Of a DNA stretch of 64,000 nucleotides, positions 1-9,070 are shown in pieces. The DNA comes from a virus. Numbering within the stretch: position 1 is the stretch's first letter; every line of letters starts with the position of its first letter. A program made the position numbers and the translations under genes. Where the stretch lies: the IMG/VR virus record IMGVR_UViG_3300042261_001929, positions 13,902 through 77,901 of that record. One strand, written 5' to 3'. The notes under the pieces are model-generated. The model was not told where the DNA came from, made no database searches, and worked only from the letters and a program-made list of their open reading frames with translations.

Positions 1-1104
1 GTAGCCAGCTTCTTTCCCGCCAACCTTAACAATTATTCCGTCTCCAGTATCATGAAATGTGTTATTTCCATCTTTTTTGTACGCATCAATGCCATCAGCC
101 ATACCCTCAATGTCACCGGCATAAATTGCTGGCCTCTCGTCGTCTGATATTCTCTTTGTGTCTGCCTTTTCGATTACTTTTTCAATTCCTTTCTCTCTTA
201 CCTCATCTTCAGGCGTACATTTAAAAGACTCATCCACTGTGCCCCACTTACATTTACTATTCTCTTTTATTATGTTTGATTCAGCATTTAAAATCATTTC
301 ATATTTCTTGATCTGCCAAGGGTCAATCTTACCTTTTACCCGAACGCCCCCACCGTATACAATACTCTCCGCTACTGTATCTCCCACTTTAACACCGGTA
401 CCCCTCTGATTTGCTAATTGATCTTTATCAGCTAACATCTTACTAACAGGTACCAAAACTTCATAAACAGTTGATTTTCCGCCGTTGCCCAAATCTCCAA
501 AGCTTTTTGCTCTTTCTGGTGTATTTGCTAGATATACGTATCCTGATGTCGATTGATAGCTCCTTCTTCTGTTTTTTGAGGTTGGCAACAGACCCTCACC
601 CTCGATGTCCAATGTTGGTGATGTACCATGATAGAATTTCATATAGACTGGATTATATTTATCTTTGTTGGCATCAATAACAGCCTTTATTTCTTTTACC
701 TTTTCCATTGATGGTATACCCTCAACAAACGGGTTATTGATTACTTTGTTGGATGTTCTTTCTGTCCAATTAAAACCCTTGCTTGCGCTTGTTTTTGAAT
801 TGGCCTTGTCCCCCTCAAGGCCACACCTAAAAGATTCATCAACAGTACCCCACTTACATTTACTATTTTCTTTGATTTCTTCATCAGGTACTACGTATTC
901 CTCACCATATTCATTTTCCTCAAATGGCTCAAATTGAATGCCATTATCGCCATCATATACATCAATGTGATCAATTTTTCCCATTAAAATGTCATCGGGT
1001 ATCCCATTTGGAAATGCATCACAATGTAACTTATTTATTCCTGACTTGAACATTAAATTGTGTTTGCAATTCATACATGCCCAAGGCATCATAGGTACTG
1101 TCAT
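1..1104 (-). CDS. Modular cargo protein, truncated at the window edge: small Cys/His domain, tag, H-Y-clade (PARP/Tpt1-like) ADP-ribosyltransferase, tag, further domain
   Basis: Not in the ORF track; translated by hand. ATG at 1104 overlaps the upstream TAA (TAATG) and the frame is open to position 1. Contains CMNCKH..HCDAFPNGIPDDILMGKIDH..GDNGIQFE, then FYHGTS..EGLLP..GYVYLANTPERAKSFG..VYEV..VKGKIDPWQI, and two IKENSKCKWGTVDESF(R/K)C tags. Confidence 0.8.
   Translation of the reverse strand, partial: MTVPMMPWACMNCKHNLMFKSGINKLHCDAFPNGIPDDILMGKIDHIDVYDGDNGIQFEPFEENEYGEEYVVPDEEIKENSKCKWGTVDESFRCGLEGDKANSKTSASKGFNWTERTSNKVINNPFVEGIPSMEKVKEIKAVIDANKDKYNPVYMKFYHGTSPTLDIEGEGLLPTSKNRRRSYQSTSGYVYLANTPERAKSFGDLGNGGKSTVYEVLVPVSKMLADKDQLANQRGTGVKVGDTVAESIVYGGGVRVKGKIDPWQIKKYEMILNAESNIIKENSKCKWGTVDESFKCTPEDEVREKGIEKVIEKADTKRISDDERPAIYAGDIEGMADGIDAYKKDGNNTFHDTGDGIIVKVGGKEAGY
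217..876. repeat. Dispersed ~54-bp direct repeat (217-270 and 823-876) encoding the IKENSKCKWGTVDESFxC tag
   Basis: Shared core ccccacttacatttactatt; differences are almost all synonymous on the minus-strand frame. Confidence 0.85.
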
Positions 1105-4100
1105 TATTCTTTCCTCCTCAAAACGCGGTTAATAGCATCATATGCACTTGGTAATAAGTCCCTGTTAACTTCTTTGCCATTTGTCATCATACTAAACATT
1201 TCAGCCACACACTCATCCTCGTCAGTTATTGCATATGATGATATAGCGCGCTTAATGTTGTTTGAATTTGCATTGTATGCACCAAATGATTTATCGACAC
1301 TTTCTTTATCCAATTTTTTTTCCTTCCATTCTTTTCTAATTAAGGAATTTTCATCAGGTGTAAATAACTGATACTGAACAGCATGTCCGACTTCGTGACA
1401 GTAAGTACCCACCAACCCATCGATAGCACACCCCTTTATCTCATCTTTGCGCGATCTTCTTTTCACAACTCTTTCTAATGATGCGTTATAATGGAACGTA
1501 AGTTTTTTCGATGATGGATTATATGTTGCTAAATACGATCCTAGCTCAGAATCAGCCAGTGCAATTTCTGGTAAGTCGAGTTCTTTCAGGGCTGGGAACT
1601 CGTTAAGCATTCTCGATCTTTCTTTTCCTATAATATTTAATGTATCGAGACATACTTTTGGGTTACTAAGTGCCGATTCTTCTGTAATATTTATTTTTAG
1701 ACCCATTTCTTTTTCTGCATCAGAAACCTTGTTAAATTTTTTGTGCGACACTTCCATTTTTAAACGATCGCCATGCTCCTTGATAAAATCGGTTGCAGCA
1801 TATAGTTGCTCCATTTGGAGGGCCTGCCTGGCCCTGCCTTCGGATGTACCTGGGTCACTTTGATTTCTAACAATATTTTGTAAAACATCTCTATATGCAA
1901 TTCTTTGTGCTATTGACATTTCCTTAAGATCTTCGACAATAAGCGCCTTTTCGGCATTTGCTCGTTTCTCAATCGCAGCATCGCGTTTCTCATCAATGGC
2001 TTTCATCTGACTCATGATCTTCTTTTTCTCGCTTGATTTCAAATCGAGACTATAAGTTTTGTATATTTTGTCCCTCTCAGTGCTGAGCTTTTCGACTTCA
2101 TTTCGATGCTTTTCGACCTCTCTATCATCGAAAATATGATCACCTCGCACAAAATAGTCAAATCTCATTTTTTCAATTGGATCTGACCCAACACTTTCAT
2201 AAGTCTTAGATTCTTTTTCTGGTCGTGTTGTATCATTCAAAGCCTCTTTTTTGGTTCTTGGTAATAAACTAACATGATATAAAGTTCCACCGCCTTTTAT
2301 CTTTTCAATTTTTTCAAGCTTGAATGTAGAATTTGACGTGATCAGAATCTCAGATTCTCCACTTTTTTTACCAGCACTGAATCTTGTAATATCCATCGCA
2401 TTCGATCCCGCAGGTATATTAATTTTCATCATATAGGGTTTTTTCTCATACGAGGCAAATCGATCGCTAACGGATTTATCAGGCGAAGTTGAAACAAACC
2501 CCTTATACTCAAAATTATCGCCTTCTTTTGTACCTTTAATACACGAAAGAAAGTTTAACTTGGACTGCCCAGAAAGACCTCTCCAAACCGTTAAGTCGCT
2601 ATCGATTTTGTTATTTTCTATTATTCGATTGAGGTCAGTAATATCAGATCTTACTTCATTTAGCTGCTTTTCAGTAAACCCCATATAAACCCCATTCATA
2701 TAGTTATTTATAGATGTATATTTAAACCCAGAATAAGCACTTATGGTATCACGATCTTTTGCGCTTAACTTAACAGATTTGTTTGGTTTGTTTGTTATAA
2801 GATCGTTTTTACCCAAAACTTCCTTTAAATTGTCAACGCTCTCTTTAGATACTTTTCCTGATTCCTTTTCCACTTTGACCTGTTTAATGGCTTCAGAAAC
2901 CTTACTTACTTCTAAACTTTTTCCCTCTTTTTTGGCTTTCTTTGCTTCTCTTTTAAGTCTTCTCTCATTTTTCATATTTTTAGCAGCTTCTGCCTTTGTC
3001 TCGCCACAGGAAAAAGAATTCGGTACATATTTTCCTTCAGGACATTTATAATTTAGTTTTATTGTGTTCAAGCTTGATGAGAGAGACGTTTCAAATGCTG
3101 CTTGTATAACATTTTTTAAATTATTATCAATCATAACAGAGTTTAGCTTGGTTCTTGATAAAATCCTCTTAAGAGGAGCAACCATTTCAGGGTAAAAATC
3201 ATTATCAAATTCATGCCCATTCGTAGCCATTGAAAACATTTCAGAAAAGCATTCATCAGGGGTCTTTGTTGCATATTCAGAGACCTGTCCTTCAATCTTA
3301 TTATATAGATCGGAACCACCACCAAAGCTGTGAGAAACCCCTTTCCATGACGCATATATGGCATTTCGTTCCTCTTTGGTAGTTAATTGCTGAAGAGCTG
3401 CATGACCAACTTCGTGCCTATAAAGGTCAGACAGGCTTGTACCCGATAACTGTCTTACGCCGTATCTATCGTTTTTTGCCTTTGATCCCTTTGGTACTGC
3501 CGCATTCTTTCCTCTTGATGCTGAATTAGATAACAGCGTCATTGAATTATCAGAACTATCGAATTTTGCCGCCCCTCCATGTCTGCCTAGTGCCTCATCA
3601 TCAATCTTATATTCTGATATGTCAAGTTTTTTTAGCATCGGGAACTCATTATATATCCTTGCTCTTTCCTCAGACACCTTATTTAGTGTTTTCAATGATT
3701 CTGCCTTGCTTGCTTTTCCAACAATGGTAACTTTCGCACCAAGAATGTCAATAGCTTTATCAAAGTCTTTAAACTCTTCATGCTTCACTGGCAAGCTTTT
3801 GTTTTTGGTCTTGGATTCCTCTATTTTGTTCTCCAGCGCGTCCCTAGCATAACCATATGCAACAGAAAGCCTTTCATATTGTTTCATGCTGTTTTCATTT
3901 CTTGTGTCCAATTTAAATGTGCGGGTCTTCTCATCCAACACGTTAACGACTTTTGACAGATCAGCCTTAGACATAGATGCGAGAATTTTTGTCATCTTAT
4001 CAAAATCACCCTTTCCTCCCTTTCCGTTAATGATTTCCATCATACTAGATGATTTATCACTGGATATTTTCTTTTTGGTGCTGGCAGGCTTTTCTGCTTT

Positions 4101-4229
4101 TTGTTCTTTTTTACCCATTTCCTTTTCAAGACATTTTTCCGTACAACATAAAGAACCTTTAGCAACAGTTCCGTCCTTGCATCGGGCATTAAGTCTTATA
4201 ACATGAAACCTCTTCAATAAAAACACCAC
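1104..4229 (-). CDS. Polyvalent protein: tag, zincin metallopeptidase, tag, R-S-E ADP-ribosyltransferase (VIP2/Alt-like), second zincin metallopeptidase
   Basis: Two HEVGH..S.YA....ECx(S/A)EMF zincin motifs. ART motifs TVWRGL / GFVSTS / GESEILI. Cys tags at the N-terminus and internally. Confidence 0.85.
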   Translation of the reverse strand: MVFLLKRFHVIRLNARCKDGTVAKGSLCCTEKCLEKEMGKKEQKAEKPASTKKKISSDKSSSMMEIINGKGGKGDFDKMTKILASMSKADLSKVVNVLDEKTRTFKLDTRNENSMKQYERLSVAYGYARDALENKIEESKTKNKSLPVKHEEFKDFDKAIDILGAKVTIVGKASKAESLKTLNKVSEERARIYNEFPMLKKLDISEYKIDDEALGRHGGAAKFDSSDNSMTLLSNSASRGKNAAVPKGSKAKNDRYGVRQLSGTSLSDLYRHEVGHAALQQLTTKEERNAIYASWKGVSHSFGGGSDLYNKIEGQVSEYATKTPDECFSEMFSMATNGHEFDNDFYPEMVAPLKRILSRTKLNSVMIDNNLKNVIQAAFETSLSSSLNTIKLNYKCPEGKYVPNSFSCGETKAEAAKNMKNERRLKREAKKAKKEGKSLEVSKVSEAIKQVKVEKESGKVSKESVDNLKEVLGKNDLITNKPNKSVKLSAKDRDTISAYSGFKYTSINNYMNGVYMGFTEKQLNEVRSDITDLNRIIENNKIDSDLTVWRGLSGQSKLNFLSCIKGTKEGDNFEYKGFVSTSPDKSVSDRFASYEKKPYMMKINIPAGSNAMDITRFSAGKKSGESEILITSNSTFKLEKIEKIKGGGTLYHVSLLPRTKKEALNDTTRPEKESKTYESVGSDPIEKMRFDYFVRGDHIFDDREVEKHRNEVEKLSTERDKIYKTYSLDLKSSEKKKIMSQMKAIDEKRDAAIEKRANAEKALIVEDLKEMSIAQRIAYRDVLQNIVRNQSDPGTSEGRARQALQMEQLYAATDFIKEHGDRLKMEVSHKKFNKVSDAEKEMGLKINITEESALSNPKVCLDTLNIIGKERSRMLNEFPALKELDLPEIALADSELGSYLATYNPSSKKLTFHYNASLERVVKRRSRKDEIKGCAIDGLVGTYCHEVGHAVQYQLFTPDENSLIRKEWKEKKLDKESVDKSFGAYNANSNNIKRAISSYAITDEDECVAEMFSMMTNGKEVNRDLLPSAYDAINRVLRRKE

Positions 4230-4273
4230 ACTACTTTAGAATTTTACTCAATTTATGGTATTGCGTAAATGTA

Positions 4274-4287
4274 GAAACATTTAAATA
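4274..4287 (+). promoter_or_regulatory. Archaeal-type BRE/TATA promoter
   Basis: GAAACATTTAAATA about 25 nt upstream of the ATG at 4312; the motif recurs across the window. Confidence 0.6.
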
Positions 4288-4299
4288 GTAGTTGTTACA

Positions 4300-5139
4300 T
4301 TGATTTATAACATGTCAAAGATAAATAGCAATTGGGTAACAGAAAATGGAATAGTAAGGGTATCAAGCAGCTCACAAGAAGACAACTTAACAAGGATAAA
4401 CCTTTCTGGATCAATGGACGAAGTTATGTTAAAGGAAATAAATGGTACATATCCAGGAAAGATAAGTTGCGATAGAAACAAAAGATTTTGTACATGTGAT
4501 ACGAATTATACAAGATATGATAACCCATGTGTGGTGCCATCTGTCGGATATAACTATTCATTTCAAAAAACATTGTTCTTAGAGATTGAAAAATGGGAAG
4601 AACTATCAAAAATTCTTGATTTCGTTGCCATCAGAAACATTGGTATATACTTGGATGGAGAAGTTCCTTGTGGTATCAAAGTGTTGGTATCGGCAAACAC
4701 ATTTTCAATTGATAAATATGTAGAAGCAAAAGGGGTCGTAGGGGTCACTGGATATAAAATACCAAACCCGATCGACCTCGGAAATTTTGATAAAAACAGA
4801 CCACTTATAATAGACAGTAATCGGTACACTGGAAACTTTAGGTCAGTTGCATTTCTTATTCAAATAGAAATAGCCACAGACGCTATGCAAGGAGAGATAA
4901 AAATTCCAGACATGAAATTTACTGTTGATATAGAAAAAGAAGAAAAGTTCTGTAAAAACTGTATAAACTGCTTTGGTAGTGACTTTTACACTGGATTAAC
5001 AAACTGCCATCGTCTAGGCTACCAAAAGGATCTTGTCACTGGAATCAAGAAAGACATTATTTTAGAGTGTGGCATGGAAAGATATTGTGGTGAATGTGGC
5101 AAAAACGGTAAATTTTTCGTAAAGAAGAAGAAAAATTAG
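4300..5139 (+). CDS. Hypothetical protein with a C-terminal Cys cluster (start possibly 4312)
   Basis: 279-aa ORF with its own promoter; CKNCINC..C..C..CGECGKNGKFF at the C-terminus. Confidence 0.6.
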   Translation: MIYNMSKINSNWVTENGIVRVSSSSQEDNLTRINLSGSMDEVMLKEINGTYPGKISCDRNKRFCTCDTNYTRYDNPCVVPSVGYNYSFQKTLFLEIEKWEELSKILDFVAIRNIGIYLDGEVPCGIKVLVSANTFSIDKYVEAKGVVGVTGYKIPNPIDLGNFDKNRPLIIDSNRYTGNFRSVAFLIQIEIATDAMQGEIKIPDMKFTVDIEKEEKFCKNCINCFGSDFYTGLTNCHRLGYQKDLVTGIKKDIILECGMERYCGECGKNGKFFVKKKKN

Positions 5140-6827
5140 CTCTTCTTCTTAGTTTTACTCTTTTTCTGCTTTGGAACCTTAATTTGTATTGGTGCTGGAT
5201 TGGTCTTTGTTTTTAGACCTCGTAGGCCACCTGGCTCTCCCCCACGCACATCCAATTCAGGATTATCCTTAAAATTCGTCAATCCCGTGAGTTTTGATAT
5301 TGCCTTATTAGATGCTGCTATATTAGCCTCTCTCGTACTAGGCTGGGACATCAAATCATAACAGGCATGACACGCTGCACACGCCCCTGTTCCAACATTT
5401 TTCTCATTACAAACTCTAATATTATTTGCTTTATCTTTTAATATTGGTGCATTCAATTTGAGCTGATTCTCCTTCTTCGGCTTTTCACCCGCAGCAACTT
5501 CTTCAGGTGATTGTTCAACTAAATGCCTGCTATATTGTGTCATGTCCAAGTCAAGGATCTTTTCACTGATGTTTTTATTAAAACGTAGCTTAGTTTCAAG
5601 CACCGGTAACGCCAGTTCATTTGCAAAGTCTACTGCATCTTGTTGGACGGCCATTATAGATGGATCGTTTGATGCAATCGACCGTATTCTAAGAACAAAA
5701 TTTGTGTCTGGGTATTGCGTTTTTATCCTTGCAACGTTTATCATTGATTGTCTCATATGATCAGGGTAAAGTGGGTCCAAACTCACTTCTACATTTTTGA
5801 TATAATCAGGATTCCATCCATTTATATTTAACATCTTAGATATAAAGAATATGTTCTTCTCAGGCGTGACCACGTTATCGCCCTTGGTACTTCTTTCAAT
5901 CAAATCTTTTACCTGAAGTGCGGTATGGTTCCAATCCTTCCCAGGTTCTCCATTCGTACCTATTCTAAGGATCTCGTTCGCCTGTAAAGAGCCCTTTAGA
6001 ACGGCCTTTATTGGGTTTTGGTGACGAATGCCTGTCTTTGCTGTGATCTTTGCAGCATAGCACTCATAGCACATCTGATCACATCCCTGTACAGTATCCG
6101 CACCTATGATTCGAAAATTCCCTTCTGGTGTTTTAAGCTCTTCTGTCATTTTCATATTAGCATTTCGCTTATGGGATATGGTAAAACTGCCAGAATAATC
6201 GCTCTTACGTTGACCACGTTCCATCTGGGCGGCTATTCTCGCTCGATCAAATATAGGTAATGCCATATATGCCTTATTTTGCACCAACTCTCCTATACGC
6301 ACAGCCGGTGACTCGGATACCATCTTCTTTTCCATATGATACTTAAAATGGCCGGTTTTCTCATCTACAACCTTAACAGGGTTTCCCTTCGCATCTTTAA
6401 CTTTGATACCATTCTCATCTTTTTGATATTCATATACCTTAACATCTTTTTCGAAACTCTGGAGTTCTTTTATGCTATTGGATTTTAACCAATTCTTGAC
6501 ATCAGATATAGTGCTTATCTTTTGCAAATCGGACGCATTGTCTTTAAGAATTTCGACTTGACTATATGCTTCTTTAACCGCTTGCTTCTTACTGCTTACT
6601 GTTACCTCACCAAGACCGGAAACGACAGCTTTTTTCTCAGACGAAAACGAACTTGACTTTTCCTTTGTTATTTTCTCGCCTTTGACCTTGTTTTCCCTGT
6701 CTAGACATTCTTCAGTACAACATAGAGAGCCAGAGGCAACCGTCCCATCTTTACAAGTACTGTTTAGTTTTTCTTCAAATGCTTTCTGAGCTAAATCTCT
6801 AAGTTTATTGATCTTAATTTTAATCAT
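5136..6827 (-). CDS. Tagged cargo protein with a radical-SAM-like Fe-S domain
   Basis: N-terminal KLNSTCKDGTVASGSLCC tag; DTVQGCDQMCYECYA (CxxxCxxC); LRIGTNGEP; C-terminal C..GACAACHAC. Confidence 0.7.
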   Translation of the reverse strand: MIKIKINKLRDLAQKAFEEKLNSTCKDGTVASGSLCCTEECLDRENKVKGEKITKEKSSSFSSEKKAVVSGLGEVTVSSKKQAVKEAYSQVEILKDNASDLQKISTISDVKNWLKSNSIKELQSFEKDVKVYEYQKDENGIKVKDAKGNPVKVVDEKTGHFKYHMEKKMVSESPAVRIGELVQNKAYMALPIFDRARIAAQMERGQRKSDYSGSFTISHKRNANMKMTEELKTPEGNFRIIGADTVQGCDQMCYECYAAKITAKTGIRHQNPIKAVLKGSLQANEILRIGTNGEPGKDWNHTALQVKDLIERSTKGDNVVTPEKNIFFISKMLNINGWNPDYIKNVEVSLDPLYPDHMRQSMINVARIKTQYPDTNFVLRIRSIASNDPSIMAVQQDAVDFANELALPVLETKLRFNKNISEKILDLDMTQYSRHLVEQSPEEVAAGEKPKKENQLKLNAPILKDKANNIRVCNEKNVGTGACAACHACYDLMSQPSTREANIAASNKAISKLTGLTNFKDNPELDVRGGEPGGLRGLKTKTNPAPIQIKVPKQKKSKTKKKS

Positions 6828-6829
6828 TG

Positions 6830-7042
6830 TTACTGCCTCTTAATAAGCACGCTTTTCCATCCATCTTCCATAAACTTCTTTAATTTTTGTGCTTCTTCTG
6901 ATGTAGTACGTCTTACTTTATACGAATCAGGGGGTACGTATTCTTCGCTTTCCTCGTAGTCATCATCACCACTAAAATTAACAATATCAGTATCCGCACC
7001 CATCAGTTCTTCTAATGTTACAGACTCCATATCAACATCCAT
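6830..7042 (-). CDS. Small acidic hypothetical protein
   Basis: Co-oriented ORF with an upstream GGAG. Confidence 0.55.
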   Translation of the reverse strand: MDVDMESVTLEELMGADTDIVNFSGDDDYEESEEYVPPDSYKVRRTTSEEAQKLKKFMEDGWKSVLIKRQ

Positions 7043-7085
7043 AATCGTAAATTCTCCTTCAAGTTAACATATACCGTAAAACGAT

Positions 7086-8564
7086 CTATTCTGCCTCTAA
7101 ATCAAAGAAACCTTCCTCTCTAAGAGCTTTCATGACATCATCAATGGTCGATTCTAAAATCTCCTGTCCATCCTCACGAACGGCTTCTTCAATAGGAAGC
7201 TGTCTTGTAATAGCCCCTCTTGCATTCTCTTTTATATTTGCAGTATTAAAGTCCTTCACCAACTTGCTCTTTTTGTTGAAAAAATCACCACGTATGTTCT
7301 CCGCCATTTTATCTATCCCAATGATATTGTTATCCTCACTCCTTAAAAATATGTATTTACTGGTAATACCCTTTATGAACAAATCTTTTCCATTTAGATT
7401 CCAAAGTTCACCAGCGTGAACCTCAAAATCCCGTGATCCTCTTATAAAATGGAATGAGTCGTTCATGCTTGCAGGAATTTCATTGTGTTTAACCAGAGGG
7501 CCTGCTTTTATATTTTCAGATACCCGATCGCATGCCTCAGAAATTGCCTTTTTCTCCTCATCAGATACCGGCTCGTCTTTGTAGCCAAGAGATATTGCCC
7601 TAATCATTTTCGTATACGCTTTCTTACCATTCGGTGTTAAACCCCCCACATCGGTTATCTTATCAGGATTTAAATTGAAAAACTCTATAAGAGCCCGCCT
7701 GCCAATCCCACCGAGCCCGCGTATTTCATCTGCAATAACAGCATCTACCCCACCCTCATAATTGAGGACATATCCTACCATATCACCTTTTTTTGTAAAA
7801 AGACCAATACTCTCATTTTCTATACCAATTTTATGAAATTCAATGTCACCGATACTTTTTATCACTTTAGGGTCCATTTTAAAATCCATGTCCTCTATTT
7901 CTTTACCGGAGTCATATCTCATGTATCTCTGACCCCTCAAATCAATAGCATCCATTTCTACACGCCTTATCTGAGGCAGGTCGGGTATGTCTGCACTGTT
8001 GAAAAAATTTGATTCCCCTCCTGCTTTGTCAATCTGATCTTTTATGTTCTGCAAGCCACTATAATTTTTAGGATATTTGAAATTGGATTTTCCACTGGAT
8101 GTTGGTTTTTTGTCAGTAACACTTTTCTTGGATTCAACAACTACTTTATCTATTTTTGCAGATTTGGAATCACGACTTGCTTTGTTCTTATCCCTAATAT
8201 CTTTGATAGCCTTTTTTGCTTCTCTGTAAAGGTCTTTTGACACAAACCCCGACTCTTTCTTTTCCTTTTGAATTTTGCTAATAATATTCTTAATCGTAGA
8301 TATATCTTCTGTGCTACCTTTTGGTAATTTTTTTATTATCTTCTTTGCAGTTTTTGTAGCATCGACCGCTCGCTTAGTTACTTTCTTCTTTTTTTGATAA
8401 TTAGCATAATTCTTTTTTGCTTCAGCCGGTGTTTTTCCGCAAGCAAAAGAATCAGGCACAAACATGTCTTTAGGACACCTGAAATTTAGCTTCACAACGT
8501 TGTTATTGATGCCATTTTCAAACGCTTCTTGTACCATGTCTTGAAATTTCTTATTCTTCTTCAT
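7086..8564 (-). CDS. Tagged cargo protein with a probable GNAT-like acetyltransferase domain
   Basis: KLNFRCPKDMFVPDSFACG tag; VIADEIRGLGGIGRRAL resembles GNAT motif A, followed by GLTPNGKKAY. Start set at ATG 8564 behind GAGGT. Confidence 0.6.
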   Translation of the reverse strand: MKKNKKFQDMVQEAFENGINNNVVKLNFRCPKDMFVPDSFACGKTPAEAKKNYANYQKKKKVTKRAVDATKTAKKIIKKLPKGSTEDISTIKNIISKIQKEKKESGFVSKDLYREAKKAIKDIRDKNKASRDSKSAKIDKVVVESKKSVTDKKPTSSGKSNFKYPKNYSGLQNIKDQIDKAGGESNFFNSADIPDLPQIRRVEMDAIDLRGQRYMRYDSGKEIEDMDFKMDPKVIKSIGDIEFHKIGIENESIGLFTKKGDMVGYVLNYEGGVDAVIADEIRGLGGIGRRALIEFFNLNPDKITDVGGLTPNGKKAYTKMIRAISLGYKDEPVSDEEKKAISEACDRVSENIKAGPLVKHNEIPASMNDSFHFIRGSRDFEVHAGELWNLNGKDLFIKGITSKYIFLRSEDNNIIGIDKMAENIRGDFFNKKSKLVKDFNTANIKENARGAITRQLPIEEAVREDGQEILESTIDDVMKALREEGFFDLEAE

Positions 8565-9066
8565 TGCCAACCTCCCACTCGTCTTCAAGAAGGTTGCTCA
8601 TTCCAAATGAACCCTTTTTTGTCGAAAACTCGTTTTTCTTCTCACCTTCGATGCCAGCCATACCATCTATAGCACTCTCCAAGGAATTTAACGATTCTTC
8701 AGTAACACCATTCTCGTCTATATCTCCGAAAATATTATCTAACTCGGATGATTCGGATTTGGAGTCGTCTTCGTTCTTATATAAATTATTTGCATCACTC
8801 AGAACACTCTTCAACGACAAAATAGTCTCGTCAGTAATATTCCCATCTTTCAGATCAGAAATAACACGATTCAACTTATCAATGTTCTCAGTTGAATCAC
8901 TGCCTTCTACTTCTCTGTCTGAAAAAACAAACCCATGATCTCCATTAAGAGATTCTTCATGCGATATAGTTCCATCTAAAATTTCAATTGGTATTCCATC
9001 TGGATAAGCCGTGCAATCTTTACCACTTGGAAAAACCCATTTACAATTCATACACATTGGATACAT
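8551..9066 (-). CDS. Small Cys/His domain protein with an acidic tail
   Basis: CMNCKW..CTAYPDGIPIEILDGTISH..GDHGFVF; paralogous to the N-terminus of ORF 1-1104. Confidence 0.75.
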   Translation of the reverse strand: MYPMCMNCKWVFPSGKDCTAYPDGIPIEILDGTISHEESLNGDHGFVFSDREVEGSDSTENIDKLNRVISDLKDGNITDETILSLKSVLSDANNLYKNEDDSKSESSELDNIFGDIDENGVTEESLNSLESAIDGMAGIEGEKKNEFSTKKGSFGMSNLLEDEWEVGNEEE

Positions 9067-9070
9067 AAAT

